Shown here in pieces: positions 37,591 to 46,958 of a DNA stretch of 57,601 nt (the stretch's first letter is position 1; every line of letters starts with the position of its first letter). The notes beneath the pieces were generated by a model. The model was not told where the DNA came from, ran no database searches, and was given only the letters and a program-made list of their open reading frames with translations. The DNA is taken from the NCBI GenBank assembly GCA_028716165.1, contig JAQUQI010000010.1, forward strand, positions 1 through 57,601, read 5' to 3'. The translations under genes were made by a program, and so were the position numbers. Source of the stretch: Candidatus Omnitrophota bacterium. GTDB taxonomy: Bacteria > Omnitrophota > Gorgyraeia > JABMRG01.

Positions 37591-38052
37591 ATGAGACAGA
37601 TTTGTTATACGAAAAAATACCAGGCAGCGGTAAAAGGCATATTATTTTTAGCGTGTGTGTTTTTTTGTCCCCTGCCGTGCGCTTATTCGGCGGTAGAAAC
37701 AAATACCGATATTGTCACTGAGGAACTGGCAAAAGCGCAAACCAGTTGGGATGGCAGCCAGTTACCCGTTTATCCTAAGGGCGTGCCGGAAGTGACTATT
37801 CTGCGTATCACCATTCCGCAGGGCGCACAATTGCCGCTTCATAAACACCCTGTTATTAATGCAGGCGTAATGCTTAAGGGCGAGCTTGCTGTTATAACGG
37901 AGAATAATAAGCTGTTGCGCCTGAAAGAAGGTGATGCAATCGTTGAGGTTGTGGACAAGTGGCATTATGGTAAAAATGAAGGTGATGGGCCTGCGGAGAT
38001 TATTGTTTTTTACGCGGGGGAGCGTAATAGTTCTATCACGGTTACCCCTTAA
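37591..38052 (+). CDS. Secreted cupin-domain protein
   Basis: Signal-peptide-like start ending AYS-A; LPLHKHP, GVMLKGEL, EGDAIVE and HYGKN motifs. Start moved past the tRNA to ATG 37591. Confidence 0.82.
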   Translation: MRQICYTKKYQAAVKGILFLACVFFCPLPCAYSAVETNTDIVTEELAKAQTSWDGSQLPVYPKGVPEVTILRITIPQGAQLPLHKHPVINAGVMLKGELAVITENNKLLRLKEGDAIVEVVDKWHYGKNEGDGPAEIIVFYAGERNSSITVTP

Positions 38053-38383
38053 TTCAGGGTGAAATTTAATATGCAGGCAATGCTATGGACAGCCTTAAGT
38101 CAGCAGGGGCCACAGGCCTTATAATGACTTTTGGCTGTTTTTATTTTCCGGTAGTATTATTATGTTTAGTTATAAAACATAAATTGATTACACTAATTAT
38201 TACACAAAATATATAATAGAAGCATCAACTAACAGGTAGTTGCTATTGACAGGAAAAGTGTTTTTTGATATATTATTAACATATAAAATGTGTAAAACGG
38301 ACTTTTGTTGCGTATAAATAGATACCTGCCCATAGTGGGCACATTTTTTTCTGTATACTAGTAACATAAGCAAGGTGTGAAAT

Positions 38384-38472
38384 GCCGGGATGGCGGAATT
38401 GGCAGACGCCTTGGACTTAAAATCCAATGGGTAGTAATACCCGTGCCGGTTCAAGTCCGGCTCCCGGCACCA
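38384..38472 (+). tRNA. tRNA-Leu(UAA)
   Basis: GCCGGGA...TTGGA-CTTAAAA-TCCAA, long variable arm, GGTTCAAGTCC...TCCCGGCACCA. Confidence 0.96.
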
Positions 38473-38487
38473 CCGTATAGGTACAAA

Positions 38488-40194
38488 ATGGACCTGGATG
38501 TGTTAAGGCATAGCGCCGCGCATATTATGGCGCAAGCAGTAAAAGCGATATGGCCGGATACAAAGATAGCTATAGGCCCGGCCATAGCCGATGGTTTCTA
38601 TTATGATTTTGATAAAAAAACCCCGTTTTTACCCGAGGATTTTGCTGCTATAGAGGCAAAGATGGGAGAAATAATAATGCAGGACCATAAGTTTGTTGCC
38701 TCTGGCATGGATAAAACGCAAGCCAGGCAATTATTCAAAGATGAGCCCTATAAACTGGAACTAATAAACGATATACCCGGAGATGAAGTAACTATTTATG
38801 AAGATGGTGGATTTTTTGATTTATGCAAAGGCCCTCATACCAGGTCAACAGGAGCTGTCAAAGCCTTCAAATTATTGAGTATAGCGGGCGCCTATTGGAG
38901 AGGGGATGAAAAAAACCCGATGCTTCAACGAATCTATGGGACGGCTTTTAACAGCAAGAAGGAATTAGACCAATATTTAAATACGCTTGAAGAGGCAAAG
39001 AAGCGCGATCACAGAAAATTAGGCCGGGAACTTGAATTGTATATTACCGATAATACTGCCGGAGCCGGGCTGATAATTTACCAGCCCAAGGGCGCTATCT
39101 TGCGCAGTATAATTGAGGATTGGGAGAAGAAAGAGCACCTTATAAGGGGTTATGAGCTTATTGTAAGCCCCCATATTTATAAATCGGATTTATGGATAAG
39201 GTCCGGACATTATGGTTTTTATAAAGATAATATGTACATTTTTGACATAGAAGGAGATGAGTATGCCGTAAAGCCCATGAATTGTCCGGGGCATATATTG
39301 GTATACGGCTCAAAAACAAGAAGTTATCGGGATTTACCGTTAAGATTTTTTGAACTGGGGACCGTGTACCGCAATGAAAAAAGCGGCGTATTGCACGGCC
39401 TATTGCGCGTAAGGGGCTTTACGCAGGACGATGCCCATATATTCTGCCTGCCGGAACAATTGAAGGCCGAGATTAAGGGTGTATTGGATTTTGTTGTTTA
39501 CGCGTTGAAGATTTTTGGTTTTCCCGATTTTACCGTTGAATTGAGCACAAGGCCGGAAAAATCCATAGGCACAGACCTTGATTGGCAGCAAGCTACTTCC
39601 GCGCTGTCGGAATCTCTTGACGAAAAAAACATGCCTTATACCATCAACAAAGCGGACGGGGCTTTTTACGGCCCCAAGATAGACATAAAATTAAAAGACG
39701 CTCTTAACAGATCTTGGCAGTGCGCTACAATACAATGCGATTTTGCCCTGCCTGAACGTTTTGAGCTTGAATATAGCGCGCATGATGGCAGTAGAAAAAG
39801 GCCTGTTATGATACATAGGGTGGTATTGGGCTCTATGGAACGTTTTATAGGCGCTCTTATTGAACATTATGCCGGGGCATTTCCCTTATGGCTTTCGCCC
39901 GAACAGATAAGAATAGCCCCTATAACTAATAACCAGCATGAGTACGCGAAAACAGTAGAAGCCAACTTATCCGCCGCGGGGTTCAGGGTGAAAACAGATT
40001 GTCGCAACGAAACTATAGGTTACAAGATACGTGACGCGAGGGCAAATAAGTTACCATACATGTTGATTGTCGGGCAGAAAGAAGAAATGGCATCAACTGT
40101 TGCCGTCTGGAGCAGGCAAAATGGCGACGAAGGCCCGGTAAAGCTCGAACAGTTTATAGAAAAGATAAAGAAGGAAACCAATAGCAGGATTTAG
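38488..40194 (+). CDS. thrS: Threonyl-tRNA synthetase (no N-terminal TGS domain)
   Basis: LRHSAAH, DLCKGPH, KPMNCPGH, RVRGFTQDDAH and HRVVLGSMERF motifs. The true start is ATG 38488; the ORF-track extension runs through the tRNA. Confidence 0.98.
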   Translation: MDLDVLRHSAAHIMAQAVKAIWPDTKIAIGPAIADGFYYDFDKKTPFLPEDFAAIEAKMGEIIMQDHKFVASGMDKTQARQLFKDEPYKLELINDIPGDEVTIYEDGGFFDLCKGPHTRSTGAVKAFKLLSIAGAYWRGDEKNPMLQRIYGTAFNSKKELDQYLNTLEEAKKRDHRKLGRELELYITDNTAGAGLIIYQPKGAILRSIIEDWEKKEHLIRGYELIVSPHIYKSDLWIRSGHYGFYKDNMYIFDIEGDEYAVKPMNCPGHILVYGSKTRSYRDLPLRFFELGTVYRNEKSGVLHGLLRVRGFTQDDAHIFCLPEQLKAEIKGVLDFVVYALKIFGFPDFTVELSTRPEKSIGTDLDWQQATSALSESLDEKNMPYTINKADGAFYGPKIDIKLKDALNRSWQCATIQCDFALPERFELEYSAHDGSRKRPVMIHRVVLGSMERFIGALIEHYAGAFPLWLSPEQIRIAPITNNQHEYAKTVEANLSAAGFRVKTDCRNETIGYKIRDARANKLPYMLIVGQKEEMASTVAVWSRQNGDEGPVKLEQFIEKIKKETNSRI

Positions 40195-40274
40195 GCCGGC
40201 GCAATAGCCGATAATATTGCGCCAAACAACGCGCAGGGTAACACCCACGCGTTTATTGAAGGGAGGGGATTGTT

Positions 40275-40781
40275 ATACAAAATCGTTTGAGAATAAACGA
40301 ACAGATAAGGATAAGTGAGATACGAGTAATCGGAGCAGAGGGCGAACAACTTGGTGTAATGAGTCCGCAAGCCGCCTTGGCAAAAGCCCGCGAAACAGAC
40401 CTTGACCTTGTTGAAGTAGCGCCCATGTCAAGGCCGCCTGTTTGCAGGATAATGGACTACAGCAAATTTAAATACGATCAGGGCAAGAAAGAAAAAGAGG
40501 CGAGAAAGCACCAGCACGTAATTAAAATAAAAGAGGTTAGGTATAAGGTAACGATAGAAGAACATGATTACCAGACCAAACTCAAGCACATGCAGGATTT
40601 CCTGCAAAAGGGCAATAAGGTTAAGGTAAGTTTGCGCTTTAGGGGTAGGGAAGCGGCGCATCAGGAAACAGGCAGGGCTCTTATGCAGAGGATAATTAGT
40701 GACGTGGCAGGCTGCGGGGAGGCAGAAAAACCACCCAGGAAAGAGGGTGCCTTCATGAATATGGTGCTGATGCCCAAATAG
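40275..40781 (+). CDS. infC: Translation initiation factor IF-3
   Basis: RINEQIR, DLVEVAP, VCRIMDYSKFKY and RFRGRE motifs. Probable ATA start at 40275, 8 nt after the GGAGG SD. Confidence 0.96.
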   Translation: MQNRLRINEQIRISEIRVIGAEGEQLGVMSPQAALAKARETDLDLVEVAPMSRPPVCRIMDYSKFKYDQGKKEKEARKHQHVIKIKEVRYKVTIEEHDYQTKLKHMQDFLQKGNKVKVSLRFRGREAAHQETGRALMQRIISDVAGCGEAEKPPRKEGAFMNMVLMPK

Positions 40782-40882
40782 AAACACGCTTGTCGCCGGT
40801 GTTCAGGCGCGCTTCCAGCGCGGCGCATAAAAGATTTCAGGCCTGCAGGAGACGTTTACGTGATAATCCGAGGAGAATGGCA

Positions 40883-41074
40883 ATGTCTAAATTAAAAACA
40901 AGAAAGTCTGCTGCAAAACGCATAAAGATCAGCAAAAAAGGCAAGGTGAAAGTGAAAAAGCCCTTTTCGGGCCACTTATTGTCATGCAAGAACAGAAAAA
41001 GAAAGCGCCATTTTAAAAATAAGACTGTTTTAACGAAAACAGAATCCGCGAAATTGAGGTCAATGATCCATTAA
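40883..41074 (+). CDS. rpmI: 50S ribosomal protein L35
   Basis: MSKLKTRKSAAKR...GHLL; AGGAG SD before ATG 40883. Confidence 0.95.
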   Translation: MSKLKTRKSAAKRIKISKKGKVKVKKPFSGHLLSCKNRKRKRHFKNKTVLTKTESAKLRSMIH

Positions 41075-41119
41075 ATTTATTGGCAGGCGGTGTTTTTGAT
41101 CAAAATAAGGAGATAGTAT

Positions 41120-41473
41120 ATGGCAAGGGTAACGCATGGTGTTTCATCAAGGAAACGCAGAAAGAAGGTCTTAAAGGCCGCGAAAGGGTATAGGGCTGGA
41201 CGGGGTAAATTATATAGAACGGCCAAAGAAACCGTAGCCAGAGCCAGGGCCTATTCTTATAGAGACAGGAAGGTCAAAAAGCGGGATTTCCGTTCATTGT
41301 GGGTAGTCAGGATAAACGCGGCATGCAAGCTCAATGGGATAAAATATTCTGAATTTATAGCCGGCCTGGCAAAAGCGAAAGTACTTATAAACAGAAAATC
41401 TTTGGCGGAACTGGCTGTATCACATAAAGCCGCTTTTGGCAAATTGGTTGATATAGCAAAACATAAGAAATAA
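41120..41473 (+). CDS. rplT: 50S ribosomal protein L20
   Basis: MARV, AKGYR, YRDRK.KKRDFRSLW..RINAA and INRKSLAELA motifs. Confidence 0.98.
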   Translation: MARVTHGVSSRKRRKKVLKAAKGYRAGRGKLYRTAKETVARARAYSYRDRKVKKRDFRSLWVVRINAACKLNGIKYSEFIAGLAKAKVLINRKSLAELAVSHKAAFGKLVDIAKHKK

Positions 41474-41493
41474 CAGGTTTTTTATTTGCTTAT

Positions 41494-42858
41494 ATGAACA
41501 AAATAAAATTGCAGCCTTCACAGGTTATAGTAATAAGCTTTTTTTTTGCCATTGTCTTGGGAGCGGCCTTGTTGAGCCTGCCCATCTCTACGGCAACAGG
41601 ATGCAGGGTAAGCCTGATTGACAGTTTTTTTGTGGCAACAAGCGCTGTGTGCGTGACCGGCCTTGTTCCGTATGATATAGGCGCTTATTTTTCTCAATTC
41701 GGGAAACTTGTGATTTTGTGTTTAATGCAGGCAGGGGGGCTCGGCATAATGACATTTTCAGCCATGTTTGCCATTTTGCTGGGAAAAAAGTTTTCCATGT
41801 CGGAGAATATCACAATAAGAAGCGCCTTAAGCTACGCGCAGATAGAAGACCTGCGCAGGCTCATATTATATATAATTTTGTTCACTTTTGCCGTAGAAGC
41901 GGCCGGCGCCCTATTGTTATATACCAGATGGTTGTATCTTTTTGACTGGGGCGTTATTACGACCCTGAAGCGCGCGGCGTTTCATTCGGTATCCGCATTT
42001 TGCAACGCGGGGTTTTCATTGTTTCCGCACAGTATAAAGCTTTTCTCCGGAGACATCTTTACCATGTCCGTTTTTTCTTTTTTAATTATTACCGGCGGTT
42101 TGGGTTTTGTTGTGTTTACGGATATACCAAAATTAAAATTTTGGAGAAAAGACAGAAAGCTTATTTTTTCGCGCATAAGCCTCCAGACCAAGATCGTGGT
42201 CCTGGTTTCTTTATTTCTTATTATTGCGGGCACGCTCGCGGTTTATTGTTTTGAAAATGGTTATGCCTTACGAGGCATGACATTGGACAAAAAGCTGATC
42301 TCGTGTATTTTTACTTCTGTAACAGCCAGGACGGCCGGATTTAACGTGCTTGGAACGGACTCTTTGAGGCCCGTAACGTTGTTTACTATTATAATGCTTA
42401 TGTTTATCGGGGCGTCCCCGGGCTCAACCGGCGGGGGTATCAAGACAGTAAACTTCGGTATTATCTTAGCGTCGTTTTATTCTATGTTCCGGAACAGAGA
42501 TAGGATTACTATTTTCAAAAAAACAATACCGAAAGAAACGTATAGGCGTGTTTTTGTCACTTTTTTTCTATCCATCGGCGTTGTTTTGTTGTCTACTTTT
42601 TTACTTTCCGCTACCGAAAGAGTGCCTTCGCATAGCAGCCATTATTTCTTGAGTATGTTATTTGAATCAACATCCGCTTTTGGAACCGTAGGCTTGTCTA
42701 TGGGTATTACACCCGAGCTGACGTTTTTAGGCAAGATCGTAATTATATTTACCATGCTAATAGGCAGGGTTGGCCCGCTGACATTAGCGCTTGCCATAGC
42801 GATGAAAAACGAAAAAATTGATTATCGTTACCCGGAAGAAAGGCTTATAATTGGTTAA
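41494..42858 (+). CDS. trkH: TrkH/KtrB potassium uptake membrane subunit
   Basis: Four pore-loop motifs: SAVCVTGL, SAFCNAGF, TARTAGF and SAFGTVGL; also GASPGSTGGGIK. Confidence 0.95.
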   Translation: MNKIKLQPSQVIVISFFFAIVLGAALLSLPISTATGCRVSLIDSFFVATSAVCVTGLVPYDIGAYFSQFGKLVILCLMQAGGLGIMTFSAMFAILLGKKFSMSENITIRSALSYAQIEDLRRLILYIILFTFAVEAAGALLLYTRWLYLFDWGVITTLKRAAFHSVSAFCNAGFSLFPHSIKLFSGDIFTMSVFSFLIITGGLGFVVFTDIPKLKFWRKDRKLIFSRISLQTKIVVLVSLFLIIAGTLAVYCFENGYALRGMTLDKKLISCIFTSVTARTAGFNVLGTDSLRPVTLFTIIMLMFIGASPGSTGGGIKTVNFGIILASFYSMFRNRDRITIFKKTIPKETYRRVFVTFFLSIGVVLLSTFLLSATERVPSHSSHYFLSMLFESTSAFGTVGLSMGITPELTFLGKIVIIFTMLIGRVGPLTLALAIAMKNEKIDYRYPEERLIIG

Positions 42859-42916
42859 TGCCCGCAGCTGAACGGCATTCCCGGGCGGTGGTCGTATAAA
42901 TGAATGGGGTGTGGAT

Positions 42917-43582
42917 ATGAGACAGTTTGCCGTGATAGGATTGGACAGGTTTGGCGCCAGCGTAGCAAAGACGTTGAGTGAAAAAGGTTATCAGGTATTG
43001 GCTATTGATATTGAAGACGATAAGGTGCAGGATTTCTCTGAAATTGTTACGCAGGCGGTATGCGCGGACGCTACGGACGAGAAGGCTTTAAAAGCGATAG
43101 GCGTTAATTCCGTTGACGTCGCTGTTGTAAGCGTCGGTGGCAATATTGAGGCATCCGTGCTTATTACCCTGGTTCTTAAGGAAATAGGGATCAAGGAAGT
43201 TGTCGCAAAGGCCGTGACAGAGGAGCAGGGCAAGGTTTTGGAAAGGATAGGCGCCAACAGGATAGTGTTTCCGGAAAGGGATATGGGTATACGTATTGCT
43301 AATTCGCTTATTTCGCCCAAAGTAAGCGAACACATAGACCTTTCATCCGCGTGCAGTATTATAGAGATAAAAGCGCCGAAAGAATTTATCGGCAAAAGCC
43401 TTAAACAATTAAGCGTCCGGGCCAGATATGGATTAAATATCGCGGCCATAAAGAGTGTTGATGAATCCGGTGTTGAAACGGTAAATTCCATGCCGGAGGC
43501 GGATTATAAAATAAAGGCCGTGGATAAGCTTATGGTGATTGGCTCAAACGAGAATATTGAGAGGCTGAAAGAGAAAGAATAG
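42917..43582 (+). CDS. trkA: TrkA/KtrA RCK regulatory subunit
   Basis: QFAVIGL.RFG, VVAKA and FPERDMG motifs, plus an RCK_C domain. ATG 42917 or GTG 42911. Confidence 0.93.
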   Translation: MRQFAVIGLDRFGASVAKTLSEKGYQVLAIDIEDDKVQDFSEIVTQAVCADATDEKALKAIGVNSVDVAVVSVGGNIEASVLITLVLKEIGIKEVVAKAVTEEQGKVLERIGANRIVFPERDMGIRIANSLISPKVSEHIDLSSACSIIEIKAPKEFIGKSLKQLSVRARYGLNIAAIKSVDESGVETVNSMPEADYKIKAVDKLMVIGSNENIERLKEKE

Positions 43583-43584
43583 CC

Positions 43585-44625
43585 GTGGAGAATCGTTTAA
43601 GAGAATTGGAAAAGCTGGCACTGCTTGATATAAAAGCGGTTTCTACACAGCAAGAATTTGAGATGGCGCGCGCGAAATATTTAGGCAGAAAAGGGGCCTT
43701 TTCAGTTCTTTATAAAGAGCTTGCCGCTTGCAGTCCGCAGGAGAGGCCGGCGCTTGGCCAAAAATTAAACAAGCTTAAGTCCGTATTGGAAGAGGAGTTT
43801 AAAAATAAAGCGAATGTTCTTTCGCGCGGTTCTTGCCAGGCCCGGCAGGATACGTTTGACGCAACCATGCCGGGCATTTGCCCGCTTGTCGGCAAAACTC
43901 ATCTTATAACAAAAACAATAGACGATATATGCGGGATTTTTTCTTGTATGGGGTTCGGTATAGTTGAGGGCCCGGAGATAGAAAACGAGTTCAATAATTT
44001 TGAGGCTCTTAACATACCGCTTGACCATCCGTCAAGGGAGGCCTTTGACACGTTTTATCTTGACACGGAAAATTTTGGGTCAAATCCGCAGGCAAGGCGC
44101 CTGCTTAGAAGCCACACATCTCCTATGCAAATACGGTATATGTTAGAACACAAACCGCCTTTTTCAATAGCCGTGCCCGGTAAGGTATTCAGGCCTGATG
44201 CCACCGACGCCAGCCACTCTTTTATGTTTCATCAGGTTGAGGGGTTGATGGTGGCTGACAACATAAATTTCGCCAATCTTAAATGGATCTTGTTTGAGTT
44301 CGCCCGTAAATGTTTTGGAAGCGCGGTCCAGGTAAGATTCAGGCCGCATTTTTTTCCGTTTACAGAACCAAGCGCCGAGGTAGACGTATCTTGTATTATT
44401 TGCCAGGGCAGAGGGTGCAGGGTATGTTCGCAAAGCGGCTGGCTTGAAATACTCGGGTCCGGCATGGTTGACCCTAACGTGTTCAAGGCAGTCGGTATAG
44501 ATTCCGATAAATTCAGCGGTTTTGCCTTTGGAATGGGCGTTGAGAGAATAGCGATGCTAAAACACGGTATTGACGATATAAGGCTTTTTTATGAAAATGA
44601 TTTAAGATTTTTAGGACAATTTTAA
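43585..44625 (+). CDS. pheS: Phenylalanyl-tRNA synthetase alpha
   Basis: DHPSR, LRSHTSPMQ, FHQVEG, FPFTEPS and GFAFGMGVER motifs. Confidence 0.99.
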   Translation: MENRLRELEKLALLDIKAVSTQQEFEMARAKYLGRKGAFSVLYKELAACSPQERPALGQKLNKLKSVLEEEFKNKANVLSRGSCQARQDTFDATMPGICPLVGKTHLITKTIDDICGIFSCMGFGIVEGPEIENEFNNFEALNIPLDHPSREAFDTFYLDTENFGSNPQARRLLRSHTSPMQIRYMLEHKPPFSIAVPGKVFRPDATDASHSFMFHQVEGLMVADNINFANLKWILFEFARKCFGSAVQVRFRPHFFPFTEPSAEVDVSCIICQGRGCRVCSQSGWLEILGSGMVDPNVFKAVGIDSDKFSGFAFGMGVERIAMLKHGIDDIRLFYENDLRFLGQF

Positions 44626-44627
44626 CT

Positions 44628-46661
44628 ATGAAAATATCATATAAATGGCTTAGAGGATATATTAGTATTAAGGTCCGCCCAAAGACGCTTGCGCACTGGC
44701 TGACTATGGCAGGCCATGAGGTTTCTTCTATAGAACAAAAAAACGGGGATTTTATTTTTGATATAGAAGTGACCCCAAATAGGCCCGACTGCCTTTCGCA
44801 TATAGGCATAGCCCGTGAATTATCAGCTATTATAGGTAAACCGCTTAAAATGCCGCGGAATGCAAAAGTAAGTTCGGTGGGCCAGAAGCAAGATTTTAAG
44901 ATTACCAGGCGCGATGAAAGCGACTGCTCTTTTTATACGGCCCGTATTTTAAAGAATGTGCAAATCGGGCCTTCGCCGCAATGGCTGGTGGCCAGATTAA
45001 ACGCCATAGGGCTTCATTCCGTTAATAATGTGGTTGATATAACGAATTTTGTGCTTTTTGAAACAGGCCAACCCCTGCACGCTTTTGATATGGACAAGCT
45101 ATCGGGCAATGAGATTATTGTCCGTTCCGCCGGTGTTGATGAGAAGCTGGTGACGATAGACGGTATACAGAGAACGCTTAATCCCGGAGTCATGGTAATA
45201 AGCGACGGGGATAAGGCCTGCGCTATAGCAGGCATTATCGGGGGCGCGAATTCCGCGATATCACCGTTAACTAAAAATGTGCTTTTGGAAAGCGCCTGTT
45301 TTAATCCTGTAAGGATAAGGCGTTCGTCCCTTTCTCTGGGGGTATCAACGGATTCAAGTTATCGTTTTGAGCGGGGTATTGGCTGTTATGGTGTTATTCA
45401 CGCTTCGGACAGGGCGGCATGCCTTATAAGAGATATTGCCAAGGCCCAGATAGGCGCGTTTTTATCGTCGGGCAGGCAGACCCTTTCTGCCGCAAAAGTT
45501 ATCCTGCGCGTTGCTTATCTTAACAAAATACTTGGGACAGCCCTAAAGCCCGCGCAGATAAAACAAATACTTACACGATTAGGATATAAGGCCCGCGGCA
45601 GCGGCGTTTTAGAAGTTTCTGTGCCTTTGTACCGTCACGATACGGCGCGGGAGGCAGATCTTATAGAAGAGGTTGCCAGGATATACGGGTATGAGCGTAT
45701 CACAGCCGCCGCACCGTCAATTATTATAGCAAAGCCTAATGATAGCGGGAAAGATTTTGCCGTTAAACGTGATACGGCCAAAAACGTGCTTGTTTCTGGA
45801 GGCTTCAATGAGATTGTATCTTACAGTCTGATTGGCAGGGAAATGATAGAAGGCATGCCATGGGATGAGGACGATTGTGCTGTGGTGAAGAATCCGCAAA
45901 ATAAAGAACAGGAAATAATGAGGCCTTCATTACTCCCCGGGATTCTGAAGGCGGTAGCCTATAATATAAGCAGGCAGTTGTATGATATAAGATTATTTGA
46001 GCTGTCCCGAACATATGCCAGAGACCGGGACAAATACTTAGAAGAAAACCGCCTGGCTATTGCGTTATATGCGAATCCGCATGCGGAGGGAAAATGCGTT
46101 GTTGAAAACGGTTTTTTTCAGCTTAAAGGCGCTATAATGTGCCTTATGGATTCGCTTGGGTTAAGGGAGCCAAATTTTGAAAACACAATGTCCCAATTAT
46201 TTGATGAGTATTCTTGTATGGCAGTTCTGTCGGACAGTATTATGCTGGGTTGTTTTGGCAGGCTAAGAGACGGTATCGCGAGCAATTTTGGCATAACGGG
46301 CGCTGTATATGCCGGTGAAATTAATTTTGACCAAATTTGCGCCCTGGCCCGGACACACCGTTCTTATAAGCCTCTGCCGCGTTTCCCGTATACTTATAGA
46401 GATATCTCATTCGCGGTAGATATGTCTATAGGATACCAGCAGATAGCCGGCCTGATAAGACACATAGGCGGGCATACCGTTGAAAATATAAGATTGTTAA
46501 ATGAATACCGCGGCAAGCAAATAGAAGAAGGCCGCAGGGGAATTGCTATGCGCGTGATATTCAGATCCAGGGAAAAGACATTGACGGAAGAAGAGATCAA
46601 CGCGTTAGACGCGTCAATACGGTCCGGCATCAAGGAGTTTTTTGGAGCAATCTTGCGTTAG
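44628..46661 (+). CDS. pheT: Phenylalanyl-tRNA synthetase beta (short form)
   Basis: EVTPNRPDCLS, GQPLHAFD, SYRFERG and EEVARIYGY motifs, plus the B8 domain RDISF. Confidence 0.97.
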   Translation: MKISYKWLRGYISIKVRPKTLAHWLTMAGHEVSSIEQKNGDFIFDIEVTPNRPDCLSHIGIARELSAIIGKPLKMPRNAKVSSVGQKQDFKITRRDESDCSFYTARILKNVQIGPSPQWLVARLNAIGLHSVNNVVDITNFVLFETGQPLHAFDMDKLSGNEIIVRSAGVDEKLVTIDGIQRTLNPGVMVISDGDKACAIAGIIGGANSAISPLTKNVLLESACFNPVRIRRSSLSLGVSTDSSYRFERGIGCYGVIHASDRAACLIRDIAKAQIGAFLSSGRQTLSAAKVILRVAYLNKILGTALKPAQIKQILTRLGYKARGSGVLEVSVPLYRHDTAREADLIEEVARIYGYERITAAAPSIIIAKPNDSGKDFAVKRDTAKNVLVSGGFNEIVSYSLIGREMIEGMPWDEDDCAVVKNPQNKEQEIMRPSLLPGILKAVAYNISRQLYDIRLFELSRTYARDRDKYLEENRLAIALYANPHAEGKCVVENGFFQLKGAIMCLMDSLGLREPNFENTMSQLFDEYSCMAVLSDSIMLGCFGRLRDGIASNFGITGAVYAGEINFDQICALARTHRSYKPLPRFPYTYRDISFAVDMSIGYQQIAGLIRHIGGHTVENIRLLNEYRGKQIEEGRRGIAMRVIFRSREKTLTEEEINALDASIRSGIKEFFGAILR

Positions 46662-46665
46662 GATC

Positions 46666-46694
46666 TTGATTTGGCCCGGAAATCGTGCTATATT
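46666..46694 (+). promoter_or_regulatory. 6S RNA promoter
   Basis: TTGATT-17 nt-TATATT with TGn extension. Confidence 0.65.
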
Positions 46695-46701
46695 TATCCT
46701 A

Positions 46702-46885
46702 TCCCTGCTGTGTGCGTGGCTTGTTGACGATACTTTGAGCCAACACCTTTATATCGGGAGCCTGACTTCAGGGGCGGAAGGCACGCTCTCTTAACAGAGA
46801 GAAACCACGGAAACCTTTGAGAGGGCACCCACTTTACTATAAGGGTTCAAAGTGCGTTACTCGCCCGGCACGTGCGGGGTTTTTT
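46702..46885 (+). ncRNA. ssrS: 6S RNA
   Basis: About 180-nt rod: CCCTGC pairs with GCGGGG and ACTTTGAGCC pairs with GGGTTCAAAGT. GGGAGC and GGGCACCCAC motifs flank a central bubble; it ends in a T-tract and lies downstream of pheT. Confidence 0.85.
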
Positions 46886-46958
46886 AATTGTATCTAACCG
46901 CGCAGCAAGCAAGTGCCGCAGAGAACAAAACCGTTAAACTGCCCTCCGCCATAAAACA

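Noticed and set aside
38377-38487. N-terminal extension of ThrS in the ORF track (and 37516-37590 for the cupin)
   Set aside because: These segments are tRNA-Leu and tRNA-Val sequence read through in frame.
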